From contig JAYWIR010000026.1 in the NCBI GenBank assembly GCA_036172245.1, forward strand, positions 2,046,001 through 2,110,000: 64,000 bases of DNA, written 5' to 3'. Within the stretch, counting starts at the first letter, position 1. Every line of letters starts with the position of its first letter. This DNA comes from Raillietiella orientalis (lineage: Eukaryota). Below the pieces are notes generated by a model. That model was given only the letters and a program-made list of their open reading frames with translations, did no database searches and was not told where the DNA came from. Made by a program: the position numbers and the translations under genes. Shown in pieces: positions 12,700 through 25,400 of the stretch.

Positions 12700-15450
12700 C
12701 AGTGCTGTCGCCCCGCTCCCGCGTTCCGCCGTTTCCACCCACCCCCCTCCTCCATCTTCCCCCTCCCTCCCTTCCCGGGAAATTCGAGCAAGCGGTCGTC
12801 CCTCCGCGTCCCGTGCTCTTCCCCAGGTGGACGTCGTTCACGAAGATCAGGTCGCCCGCAGCCTCTCGCGGCGCGTCCAGGCGTCTCGAGGGTTGCGTTC
12901 CTCCCACACACGCCGCCGCCCCCCCCCCCTCGGGATTATTCGCACATCGCGAACGCGGCAGGGGGCGAGGACGGCACTTCCAGACTCCCGGGGCGGTGAT
13001 CGAGCGGGCACCCGCGTAGTCCCGCCTTCCTTCTTCGCTCGCCAGGGATCACGTCCTCTCGCCCTCCCCCTTCCCTCTTTTTCCCCTCCGGATCGCACCT
13101 CCGCCGATGACGCCCTGCACATTGGCGCTCGTTCCCTGGTTCTCCAGGCAACTACGGGATGACGGCAGGCAAGCATCAAGGAGTGCGGCTGCGCGTGGCA
13201 GCTCCCCGCTGGAGGACCCGCGGGTGCAGACGCAACGAAGGACAGAGCCTCCCGGCGTCGTGGGGTGGGCGAAGGCGGTCTCCAGGCCCGCGCGCTTTCC
13301 TCCGGCAAGAGCATGGGAGGCTGGAGCCTGGCTGCCTTGCCAGCAGACGCCAGCCACCCCCGTCCTTTGGAAGCGGTGCGGCGGCCGGCGATGACCTCTT
13401 TCCGGTGCTCGCCAGCGGAAGGCGCGCCTCCCGGACGGCCTGCCCGGAAGAGCGGGCCCGCCATGCGGAGGGCCACCCCCTCTCCCGCAGGCACGTGCGG
13501 TGAGCGCCCGATCGGATGAGCTCGCCAGGACCCGCAGTCTCCCCCCAGGAGAGGGCGCGCGCGGCATCCGGCGTCCGCGGCCAATTCCGTTGCCGCTCAA
13601 CACCTGCGGAATCCCCAGCGCCTGCCCACGTTGCCGACTTTCCCTGCAAGAGGCGGTGGCCGCGCTCCCAGGGCGCGCGCGCACTCTCCCTCCGCGGACC
13701 CCTCCCCCTCCGCGCGCGGCAGTTCCCGATCAAGATAAGCGCGAGGAGCCATCCGCCTCCATTCCCTCCCCCCTTCCCTTTCCCTCTCCTCCTCCGCCGC
13801 CGCCGCCGCCTCCGCCTCTGCAGGATGAAATGTTGCTGCTGCTGCGCGGAGATGTTTATCTGCCTCTGCACGCCGGCCGGATGCGACTGAGGCGCTCGCT
13901 TCCCGCGTAACCGTCGTTCGCGCCAATCACGCGAGGTGTCTCCACCCGTTCGGAGACTGCCGCGCTGGCAGGAGCAGCGGAGGGAGGTCCCCCTGCTCCC
14001 TTCACGCAGGGAGGCCTTCGTCCTCGGACCATTTCCGAGCGCTTCGTGGTGATCGCGCCCCCGAGGCGGCCGAGTGTCCTCTCCCACCTCGCCCCAGCTG
14101 CCACCACCGCCGCCGCGTCCTGCGAACTTCCTGTCGCCCCCAGCAACGCTCGCGTCTCTCCAGCTCCCGTCGCCGCGCCAGCGGTCGCTTTCGATCCCTC
14201 CCTCTGCTTCGGGCTTCCCGCCCTCCTCACGGAGTGCTCCGGACTCGAAAGGAGGGCGTCAACCCGACTTCCCCGGGGACTTTTCCTGCCGCCCAGGCGC
14301 CAGCCTCCTTCCTCGCCCGAAGGGACCGCGTCCACCCCGTCCCCGTAGGGCGGGGTAGTTTGCTGTTGCCGCGGGATGACCGATGGGGCGCTCGGACAGC
14401 GGAGCGCCCCGCGGGCCCCGTTGTCGCGCTGGTGACCGCCTTCCTCGAGGTCTTCCCCGCCGACCTAGAGGTCGCCGTCGCCGCTCTGGGCTGACGCTGC
14501 CCGAGGCGGTCAGCAGGCAGCAGCAAGGCCGCCGCCTTAGATCTCCACTCGCCTAGTCGGTGGGGTCGGCCGGAGCAGAAAGTCGGGGGGCGGGGGGAAG
14601 GGACACGGCCGTGGGTGACGTGGAGCCCGCTCCCCTCTTGCGCTCCCTTCCGGCGCGCAGCACCTCCGGTGAAGGGTAGTGCGACTTCGCCGCCTCCGCC
14701 TTCGCCCTCCTTCCCCCTTCCGGAGTGCGGCGGTGGCGGCGGCGCGTCCTGCCGGTCACATGATCGCGGTCCGTGCCAGGGTCGGTGCAGCAGCCCTCGA
14801 CCCCATAAATAACCCATCCTGCTGCGGCTGGGGAAGGGGCGGGGGATGCCTTTCGCGCCAGGGGGGAGGGCTCCACCTCCGCCGCTGCCATTGCGTTTCT
14901 CTGGCACCGCTCGGGGCGCGGGGAGAGAGGGGACGGCGACGATGCCACTCCGCCTCGCCTCGCCGGCGCGTCCGCCGCGGGTCGCGGGCGGCACCGCCTG
15001 CGCACAAAAAGCGCCCGAAGGGAACGTCGGTTACCTCGGCCTCCCCGCTCCTGTTAACCTCCCATCCGCTCCGCATTCCCGGAGGCCTCCGAGCGCTGCG
15101 GGGGGCGCTGTGCGTGCCCGTCTGTGAGCAACGCCCAGTCGGTCCCTCCCGGGGGGGAGAAACGGGCCGGGTCCCGGGCGACGGCAACGGCTGCCCAGCT
15201 CGTCCAGGAAGGACCTTTGCGCAGGCATCCTCGAGGGGTTGCTTCCTCTCCCCTGCCGCGCTCCTCCCCCGGACAACCGAGCGTCCCCTCCCCCGGAGGC
15301 GGGACTTTTGGGCGGTCCAGGGAAACACGGACTTTTCCCGTCGCTTCCCAGCGCTTGCGGGCTGCGGGACGACCCCTCCCAGGACCCAGCGCGGTTGCAT
15401 ATGACTCCGGGGACAGGCGGAAAGCCTCGCGGGCAAGAGAACGGGCCGCC
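12700..15450 (+). mobile_element. Decayed LINE relic, RT + RNase H, with internal insertion
   Basis: LPGKFEQAVVP; CAG GGA TCA c GTC CTC TCG CCC (QGS-VLSP) ~13042; TSADDAL (YADD) ~13100; AVAFDPSLCF (GV.FD.L); RWGART; LFPSLPSACGLRDD (WVPSHCG..GNE) ~15340. Confidence 0.55.
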
Positions 15451-15899
15451 TACCCCCTGGGAACGACGCACGCCATGCCGGTGCTTTCTCCCGGGATGTT
15501 CCCGTCTTCACAGCACGGGCGGCGGCCGCGCGCGACTCCCAGAAAATCCCGGAAGGACGCTTTTCTTTTCTATCGATTTTTTTCTTCCCCCTCCTCCCCC
15601 TCCTTTCCCCCTCCCTCCCTCCTTTCCGCCCTCCCGCCCGCCCTACTTTTCCCGTTTCTCCTCATCCGGGCTCCCGCGGCGGCGGGGACGGACGGCTCTC
15701 GCGCGAGCGACTCCGCACGCGAGCGAGGGAGGGGGCGCAGGGCACCTGGAGGAGACGGAGGAGGACCCGCCCCAGGGGGAATGCAGGGGTTGCGGGTGGG
15801 GCGCACGGGGGCGACGTCTGGCCTGTACGAGCCGCCCGGGTCTTGGAGGCTCCGTGCACCACCCCGAGGGAAGGAGGCAGGAGATGGCGGGGGACCTCC

Positions 15900-17123
15900 C
15901 CTCTGGGAAATCCCGGAGGGGCGGGGCGCGCGCGTGGCAAGAGTTCGCCTGGGGCTAGCGGTCTCCGGGAACGGCGGGGCTCTCCTGGTCCAGTGGCCAG
16001 AGCCGCGACTCCCAACCGCCTCTCCCCTCCCCCTCGCGCCCGGAGGGTGCGTGCGGCGGAGTCCCGGAGCTGTCCCTCCTCATCTCCCCCTGCCATTCCC
16101 CCGGCAAGCGCGGACGGGAGCTGCCACTGCTTTCCGTCCCCTCCCTTTCCCGCCGGGAGCTTCCCCGCGGGACGTGCGGAGGGAGGAGGGGACGCTCTCC
16201 CCTCCCCTCACCCTCTCCCTTCCTTCTTCCCGCCGCTCTCTTCCCCCCGCATCTTCTTCCGGCTTGGGCGTTCCCCTCGCCTTGGACTCGCACGCCTGCG
16301 GGCGCCTGCGGAGGCGCGTTGCTTCGGGGGGATAGCGGGAGGGCGGAGTAGGCGGGAGTGGCGCCGCCTCCGGCGCCCCCGGGATGGGAGCCGGCAGGAC
16401 GCCCTCACTCCTCCTCCCACCCCTTTCTCCCGCCGTCTCCTTGTTCCCATCCAACTTCACCGCGGTCCCGGTATTTCCCGCGCTCTTCCTCTCCGCCGCT
16501 TTCCCCAGGCGCGATCAACTGGGGACGGGATGCACCCGGGAACGGTTTCCTTCCTCCCTCCGTTCCCCCTCTTCTCCATGACATCCTGTTTCCCCCCTCT
16601 CCTTTTTTTTTCTCGCTGCTTTTTGACTACCACGCAGGGCATCTCGCGTGCTCTTCCGCCGCGAAAGCGCCATCGTCGGGCCGCCTTCGTCACCCTGGAG
16701 ACGCTGATTGATTGACGAGAGGCGCTTCAAGGGGTCCGCAAGTGGCGCTCGAGGCGGGGACCGCCGCGCTGGGAGCGCCGCACCACCCTCGTCATCACGG
16801 ATCGCCCACCCGCTGCACCTTCCACAACGTCGAGCTCTCCCTGGCGGCCTGCCTCGCAGGCAGGCGAAGGTTGTGCTCGCTCGTCCCGCCATCTCATCAC
16901 GAGGCTCTCAACCTTCTCCTTCCCCCTCCCTCCTCGCGGAGCGGCGGCTGGTTCGGCAGACAGCGGGCAGATGGCGGTGGAAAATCTTCGCCGACGACTC
17001 CGAGGGTGTGAGCCAACTCCTCCTTCCTGTCCCCCCCCCCCTCCGTCTTTCGGGCTTTTCTTGCTTGGTGTTCGAGCAGACCCAAGGCTTCTCTGCAGAT
17101 CCCTCGGAGGAGAGAGCGAGCGC

Positions 17124-17169
<46 letters not shown>

Positions 17170-17700
17170 GGACCCTTCCTCCCTCTTCCCGGAAGTTTTC
17201 CCCCCGCGAAAAGCTGGCTGCCAGCAGGAGTCCTTCCCCGAAGGCTGCATCCCGATCCTCGCACCATGAGGAGCGATGTGGAGTAACGGGCGAGGGAGGA
17301 TGATTACCTTTGCGCAATCTCCCAGCAGAGTGGGGCGCGGCTCCGGTCTGCCTACTCCCTCGCAAGCAGAGTGGAGGACGGGGCTGGTAGTGACCCGCAG
17401 GGGGAGGGAAGGGCACAGGCCCAGCACGGTGCTGGGACGTGGAAGAGGAGGAGGTGCTGAGGCGGGCAGGGAGGCAGGGAGGGGAGCACCAATTCCAGTG
17501 CTTCCCCGACGACCCTCGGAGCCGCTCGAAAACCCGCACGACTCGTTCCGATGCTCGCGTCGCGCGGCAACCAGCCGCCTCGCGTTCGTCCGCAGCGTCT
17601 CTCGGGACACCTGGATTCCGCGCGCTCGGGCCCCTTCAAAACATCGCGGGAAAGGAAGCTGCGCATCCTCACGCAAAAGATCAGGTGTGCCATCACGTGT
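15900..17700 (+). mobile_element. Decayed LINE relic, RT thumb + RNase H
   Basis: GLGVPLALDSH, W/GAGRTPSLLL, KIFADDSEGVSQLL (IFTDS.S.LQ.L), RMITFAQSPSRVG (I.F.WVPSHVG); interrupted by a TG microsatellite. Confidence 0.5.
17126..17166. repeat. (TG)n microsatellite
   Basis: About 20 perfect TG units. Confidence 0.95.
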
Positions 17701-18599
17701 GCGGCCGGGGTGCCACTCCGTTGATCTCGCCCGTCCTCATGGGGAGGGACGCCTTTGCGCGCGCGGAGCGGGCGCCCATTCGGAGCGGCGCGGCGGCGGT
17801 CCGGAAGGGCGGGCAAGCGACGACGCTCCCGCTCGCTCTCTCCCCTTCCACCCCCCCCAAAAAGCCTCCTCTCCCCAGCGAAGGGTTTCCTGCACTCGAA
17901 AAGGAGGGGGCGTTCCTCACTCCCACGAGTTTTCCCTTCCCTGAACGGGGGACGAAAGCGGCAGGGAAAACGAAACCGCTGCACGCGGGAAAACGCGCGC
18001 CGCGCGCTCTCGCGCCATGGATGCGGCTCTTGCCTGCAGGCCGTCGGGCGGGTGCGGAGGCGGAGAGCGCCTGGCGCCGTGCCCAGGCCGTGGGGGCAGC
18101 GAGGGGAAGAGGAAGACACGGGAATAAGCAGGAGAGGGGGGGTCGCTTCCCGAAGGGCCCCCTTTCCTCAGGAGCGACTCGCGCGGACGACCCGCGGGTC
18201 TCTCGGCCCGCTCGCGTGCTTCTCTGGCACGGAAAAGGTGCGGCCGCACCGTGCGGCGGAGGAGGAGGCGGGAGGGCCCTTCCAGTACAGCTGGGATGCT
18301 CCGGGCCGACCCGTTTCCGCTCTCTCCTCCCCTCTCCCCCAAGGGAGGCACGGAGAGATCCTTTGGGAAGCGGGCACGCTCCTCCGTTCCCCTTTCTCCG
18401 GGGATGCCAGCGTTCCGCCTCTCCTCCTTTCTCCTTTTCGGTCGCCCCTTATCCCTTTTTTCGGTTCCCGGTCCGATTCCGTCCCCGTGGGAGCTCCACG
18501 GACCCGTCTCGGGTCCGCTTCCGGCGCTCGGAAAGTCTGCGATCCCGGAGGAACCTCGCGCATAGGAGCAGAAGAGGGCGGCTCTCGGCCCGCATCCCA

Positions 18600-21200
18600 C
18601 GCTTTCCCGGTTCCGGTCCACCGGACTCCCCGGGGAGAACGCCGCTACCCGGGCCGCGTGAGGGCGTCACCTTCTCTCCCGGCTCCCCTCGCTCCTCCTT
18701 CCCTCTCCCCCTTTTCTTCTTCGGCCGACGCCTCTCCTCCGTGATCGGCTCCCGCCCTTTGGGAAGGGAAGAGGGGAGCGGCGGGCTCCCGGCGCCCCCG
18801 TTGCCTAGTTACCGGCCGCTCGAGCGAGAAGTCGGAGATGGGGTTTTCGGTCCACTGGAGAAGCCGCTCAGCATCCGGGGATATAGTTCGGCGAACAAGC
18901 GGGGAGGCCGCGTGGGCGCTGGTCGCCCGCTGGACTTTCTGCCCTCGCAAGCGGCCTTCCCCTCCTTCTTCCTCCCCACCCCATCTTGTCGTCGCGGTAA
19001 GGGCGCGTCGCCCGCGAGGGGCGGGCGAGCGGCAGCGCCCTTCCGCTTAGGCGGCGTGGCCTTGGGTGCGGCGCGCCTCCTCCGCCCCCACGCACCGGTA
19101 GGACGCCCTTCCAGGCGGGGTGGCGTCCCCTCCCTCCTGCAACGTCCTCCGAGACGCCCTTAGGCGGGCGGGGCGCGTCAGTGAAGGGCGCGGCGCCGGC
19201 CGGACGCCCTGGGGTGGAGGCTGCAGGGGGGTGGAGAGCAGGGGGACGCGCACCCTCCCGTCCTCCGGTCTTCTCCCGAAGTGTTATTTCTAACGGTTGC
19301 CTCGGCGACGCGTCCCCCGGGGTCGCGGATGGAGGGCGGCGGAGGCGCTCTCTGGAAAGGAAGAAGCAAAGGTCGCTCGCGGGGGCAGCGGACAGAGAGA
19401 CCCCCCAGACGCACTCGTTTAGGCGTGAGGGCGCGGGTAAGCGCTCCCTCCCCTCCTCCTCCGCCACTACACCCACGGCGGGAAGACCCGGCCCTCCCCC
19501 CGTGGTGCGCGTGGCTTCTGCACGTGGAGGGCGGGGGAGGGCAGACGAAGCCCGCTCGCCTTCTATTGTCGGCACCCCTCTGGACGACGCGACGCTCATC
19601 TGAAGGACTCCTTCGTGTGGGCAAGAGGGAGGGCAGGGAGGGAGCTTTCTCGCACTCCTCGCTCTCCCTTCTCCCTGCTTGTTTTTTTTGCTAAAGAGTG
19701 GTGCCACCCAGCCCGCAGAGGTCCACGCGTGTCCTCGGCGTCCATCCCCGAGGATCGCGCAGTCTCCCGATGGGGAAGGTGGGAAGGATGTGCCGCCCAG
19801 CCTTTCTGCCCTGCTCGAATTCGCCCCTCCTCCCCGTTTCGGGAGAGCCTATTCGAAGGGCGTGTCTTCCGCCCGCCCGCTCCCTCCGGGATCGCCGGGA
19901 AGGGGGGTTCTCGGAGGAGAGCGGGAGGCTTCGCTTCGGGGGTAGCGGTTACCCCTGGGGGATGCGGCGGGGTCGGGCCCCTCCCGCGGGACCGCTGGCG
20001 CGCCTCGCCGGCGTCTCCCCGGAGGCCGACAGCAGCGCCTCTCGCGGCGGAAGTGGGGAAAACGGCGATCCCCGCTGAGGCCGCGAGCCGAGGGGATCCC
20101 CAGGGAGGAGGGAAAAAGGGGGCGCGAAACTGCGCCGGGACTCTCTCCGAGACTTCTCTGGACGGGCGACGCCAGGGCAAGGAGCCAACGGCCGCGGGCA
20201 GACATCCGGCGAAGATCTGGAGGCTGCAACCGAGAGATCGCCCTTTCGGTGCTCGTCTTCCTCCCTGGAGCTGCTTCTCCCGGCCCCGGGCCGCGAAAGT
20301 CGGGAGATGCTGCGAGGGCGTTGCGCACCGGCCTCCCGGTGGCCCGCGCACGCGCCGAGTGGTGGCCGCCGGGGGGACGGGCGGAACCAAGTCTGGTCGG
20401 CGTTGCCGTGGCGACCGGGCTCGGCGGGCGTTCCCTCACGAGCCCTCGTCCGCTCGCTTTCCTTGCGCCCGCATGGACCGGAAGTGCCCCAGACTCCCGA
20501 GCCTCAGGAGGAGGAAGAGGAGGAGAAGTGCAGCAGCATCCCTTCGTTCCCCCGACGCCGGGAGGAGCGGCAGAGCGGGTCGCTCGCCCTCCGGGGCCAT
20601 GCCCTCCGCCTCCCTCCAGAGCCGGCGGTGCCACCTGGGGCGAGGGTCGGCCTCCTGCTCCCGCTTATACGAGGGCCGCGGAAGCTCATTCCCCGCCCTC
20701 GAGGGGGTCGTGCGGGCGGAGTCCAGGAACCGCCATTTCTCCAGGCAGGATCCCGGAGGAAGACTGGCCGCTCCTTCGCGGTCTCGTTCCCAGGGAGGGG
20801 GGGCACTCCTTCTCTTCGTCTCTCTTGACCGACGAGCGCCCACGTGGTAGCTCCCCCCTCCCCCCCCCGGGGAGGGGACGTTCGAAAGTGACGTGTCGCC
20901 GTGGGACCACTGTGCCGACCCCGTGCGCTCCACTACCGTCTATTCCTCTCCTTTCGCCGCCACTTCCAGGGAAGCCACACCTTTCCGCTCCCCCCACCCC
21001 TTTTCCCTTCGAGGCGCTGATTGGGCGCAGCCGAGTAATCGTGGAGGTTGGGCCGGGACACCACCGCCGCCCGCGTCAGCTAGAAGCATTTGGGAACGTT
21101 TGGCGTGGCGGAAGGGTCGGGAGGTCGGAGGCTCCAAACCCCGTGGTCCTTCCACCAGTTACCCTCCCCACCTCCGGCCCCTTCCTTTACCCCCATCCTC
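18600..21200 (+). mobile_element. Decayed LINE relic(s), RT + RNase H
   Basis: PSYRPL..LEKPLSIR (SYRPISL..LEK.I..R), FRLGG (GFR.G), SRVIVEVGPGHH..LEA (WVPGH.G..GNE.AD). Confidence 0.45.
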
Positions 21201-22230
21201 CGTATTTGGAGCTCTCCGGGTGGCGGGGGCAAACGAGCGACCCCCACTCCCCTTCTCCTCCCTTAGGAGGGAGGAGTGCATCCTCCAGTCATCGCTTTCG
21301 GTGATCTCCCCTCCTTGGGAGGTAGGGCGAACCTCCCCCTCTTCCCCCCTTCACCGGGTCCCAAGAAGTCATCGGGCGAAGGACCCGCCCCGCCGCCTTC
21401 CAAGTCCGATCCTTCCGAACGGAGGCTGCTGCTGCTGCAGCGGCATCTCCTCCTCCTCCTCCTCTTCCTGCTCGGGGAACCGCCTCTTCGTGACGCGTGC
21501 GCGGTAGCGCGGCTACGTCTGCTGATCGTGAAGGAATGGCAGGCGATCGCGTGGGCGGGGGGGAGGACGGTCGAAGGGAGAAAGGGAGGGGGGGGGGGAA
21601 GAAAGAAAAAAAAAAGGAAAAAAAAACAGAAAGAAAAGAAAAGAAAGAAAAAGAACGCGCGTGTGCGTCCGTGGTCCCTGGTTGCGGGGAGCACAGCATC
21701 CATTTCACTTTCAACCGCTGAGGCGCGCGCGCGCGCCGCGCCGGACGCGCCGTGGTCCCCCAGCAGGTCGTTTTGCGCCCGAGGAGGAGGAGGAGGAGGA
21801 GAAGATGCCGCGGTCGCTCGGAAAGTGAGAGTCGCGCGCAGGTGCTGTCCAGCTCGCGCACGCGCGCGGACGTTGCGCGCGGACCCGCCGTAGCCGCCCG
21901 TGCCAACTGCAGCAAAAACCTTCCCCCCCTCTCCCCCCCTTCTTACGCCCCGACCCCCTATCCCCTCTTCCCCCCCCCCCGACGTCCTACCCTCTGTCAG
22001 GTTTCCCGCCCCCCTCCCCTTCCCTCCCTCCCCCCTCCCCCCTCATCCCCTCATCCGCGACCCCTCTCGCGGCACCACATCTCGCCCCCGGAAGGGGAAG
22101 GAGGAGAAGGAGGAAGAGGATACGATCCGCCCGCTCGCCTGCCTAAAAATAACTCGCCACGCTGCCCTCGCCCGACGCCGCTCCCGCGGGATCCTCCCCC
22201 GCCCCCGTGGCGGGTGACACGCGGAGAGTC

Positions 22231-22486
22231 ATGCTCGGCAGCAAAGGGTTGTCCAAGCAAGACAGTAGCAACAAGTGCAAGAGCTTGAGGGACATCGTCC
22301 GGGACTTCCGCTTGCCTCTGGTTGTCAAATGTTTCCACGGAGACGCGCTGCCCGTGACCAAGGGCGGCGCCGGTTCATCCTTCCTGCTCTACAAGTGCTA
22401 CCGGAGCAAAAAGTACCTGGGAAAGACTTTGCTCAAGGACGGCAACGGCAGGATCTACAGCGTCCGCATTCCGGAGCAGTACAAAG
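22231..22486 (+). CDS. CABIT protein exon 1
   Basis: ATG at 22231; MLGSKG...SVRIPEQYK-G; donor gtaaga at 22487. Confidence 0.82.
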
Positions 22487-25400
22487 GTAAGATCGGATCG
22501 GTTGCCCCTGGAAAACCTTCTGGAACCCAGCCTCTTCGCTCCCCGACGGACCGCCTTCCGCCTCCCTCCCCTTGGCGCGTGCGTTTAGCCCGTACGGGGA
22601 ACGGGAAAAAAACGGGGACAAAGGAAACCGAACCCTCCGTGCGGGAATTCCCATTTCCTCCCTGTTCGGCGAGCCCCTTAACGGGACTGCCGTGACTCGG
22701 CTGCGCCCATGTTGGCGGGCACGCGGCTCTCGTGTGCGTGGTGAGTGTGGAGCCGTTGTGGGACCGAAGGGGGGAGGAGGAGAACAAAAGAATGCTCGAA
22801 GGAGCCGCCCGTCCACCATTAAGCATGCAAAGCATCTAGAGATGACGTCACGCTCTCGACTGGCTCCAAAGGGGTTCTTCGCGGGAGCGTCCATGCCTCG
22901 AAGGAATGCCGCCGCCCTTTTTCTCAGGTGTCCCGTTCGCGCGTACACCCCTTGCCGCTCGGAAGAGTCGCTCTGGGACTGCGGCGCATCGGCCGACAGA
23001 GGCGCCTCAACCGTGCTTCGAGGAAAACGCGTCATCTCACACAGGTGGTTTCCTGTGAGTCTTTCCCCCTTCTGCGGCGCAGGAGCGCTTTCACCGAGAC
23101 CTTGTATTTTTCCCATCTTTAGAGCATCCATGTCCAATTTCGCTCAGATTTTTATCGCCATCAACTCTTTCGAAACGCAATCTGCGAAAACCGCTCATTA
23201 AAACCTGGAAAGGAACGCTACAGCAGTCCATCATGTGCTTTGTTAGACGCCATCTTTCTGCAACCATCCTTCTTCCCTCCTCACCTTTGTTTGGAAATCG
23301 CAACTTCATGCGTAACTGATCCGGAATCTTTCGCCCGCAGTATGCGTCCACGTGAGGCGAGATCAAACCAGGGCACCCGCAGCCTAGGGAACGCTTCGGT
23401 GTCCGTTCTCCCCTACAACAATGCAGGCTTCGGAGCGGCCTCCGTCTCCAAGGAAGCGAGAGCGCGGCATTTGCATTCCGACAATCGCACGCACAGCCGC
23501 TCTTCCAACAATCGGTTACTTGCGCAACGGTCGTGCTTCTTCGATTCGAAAACAAAAACAAAGCATCATTAGGAACGTTCGGGAAAATTAGGTCTCGGCA
23601 GTTTTGCGTAACCAAGCAAAACGATGACAAGATTAAAAAAGGTGGTGTAACAAAACGGTGCTCCGGCTTACGAACGATGCATCGGGGAATTGCAGGCAAG
23701 CGGGGGAATTATTCAAAAAAAAAAAAACAATATTTTCCAGCCTCCCCCCTCCCTCCTTCCCTCTCTCCCTCCCCGTGATTTCTTTTCTAAATTGAACACT
23801 TGACGTGTTTCCTTCTTTTGCTTTCGCAAGGATTCCGCCCTCACACTGCTCTGGAACACGCCGACTATTCCTGTCGACGGAAATTCGCTCTGCTCACGAG
23901 CAAGATGACACTTCCAACACCTTTCATCCAGAAAACGGATTCGAAGCGCTCGGATTGCTCTTCCTCCTTCCCGGTGCCGCGCCACTATCAGGATCCCGGG
24001 GAAAATGCTGTTGGAAAATTCCCTCTCCTCATCTCTCTGCATCCCTTATCGAGTATAAGTAGGGGGGGGGGGGTAGGAGGAGGAGGGGAAGCGCCGAGCA
24101 AACTGACCCAGTCGTCAAGTGAATAAAATGGATATCCTCACGTGCGGGCTGCTGTCGAACCTCTTTGGCATCCCTTCCGCTCTTCTTGAGCGAGCGAAAA
24201 GGGTGGAGGTTCAGCGCGGTATCATTTTTCGACCGAGCCGAAACGATCCATCATCTTTTTAAAAGAACCCCCTCTTCTTCCTCCTCCTCCTTCCCTCTTC
24301 GGCCCTGCATATGATCGTCCCGGTCGGGACGGCGATGCCCTTCCCGATCGCGTGTGGAGTATTTGATCTCCTCGCAGACGCCACGGCAGTAACCCGGGTG
24401 TTTCTGGAACCGTCCGCCAGCGTAATAGATCTCTCCTGGAGCATTCGCAGGAGAGGAAATTCGATCTTTGAGTTAGAAGAACGCCCTCTCTCGGCCATGC
24501 ATCTGCGTGGCACATCATGCAATGCTGTGCGAGCGGATGGACCCGTCTCTGCTTGTCGAGACGGGCCCGTTCGGCGGCGTTGGCGGTGCCGCGACTTTCC
24601 ATCGCCAGGTTCTTCAGCTCTTCACCTTTGGGGAAGAGTGGCCTTCCGAAAAGAGAGGGGGCGCGGCGGGTGGAGCTGCCGGGAGAAGGACCAGCAGGGA
24701 AGCGCGAGTGCCGGACAGGATGCGCGTGTCCTGTGGGTCGAAAGGGATTCATCTCCGAAGGCGAGAGCGAAGCGGTGGTGGGCATCCGGAGCTTCGCTGC
24801 GGAACACGAGGCGGTTGAATCCCGGCGTGGAAGCAATGGCCGCCGGAAACCTTCCTCCTCCTCGTCCTCCAGCGGTGGGTTCCTCCGACAGGAGATCCCT
24901 CCGGGCGCTCGCCGCTACCGCTGCCACGTCCCCAGATGAGGAAGGCCGGGCCAGAGAGACCACCGCACGCGCGGGACTCACGAAGCGACGCTGTGTGCGA
25001 GGCGAACCGTCGGCAGGCGCCTTCCTGCCGCCGTGGCGTCGGCGGTACGACGTCACCGCCCGGTGGACGCTTCGCATTGGAGTGCGCTTCCTTCCTTGCG
25101 CTTCGCCTCGCCCTCCCTCCCGGTCGTCATGGTTACGCGGACTCTGGGCAAACAAAAACGCGGGATGGCTCAAAAGAGTGGCTCCCGTGTCGCTGCGCAT
25201 CATGCAAGTGGGCGAACGCTACGATGATGATGATAAGGGGGAGGGGACAATGATGATTCGGGAGCGGTCCGAGGAGGTGCGTTGCTGCTCCACGCGCTTC
25301 CTTAGAGCCCGCGAGATAGGGAAGGAGGAGAAGGGGGAGGGGCAGAGAAAATGTTTGGGAGCGTCTGCTTCCTGGGCGTGTGTGGTTCGCCTCCTCCGGG

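Noticed and set aside
17439..19163. 574-aa ORF
   Set aside because: GC-driven open frame; the only recognisable parts are LINE RT remnants.
21705..21710. TCACTT initiator-like motif upstream of the CABIT gene
   Set aside because: Too short and degenerate to call a promoter without TSS data.
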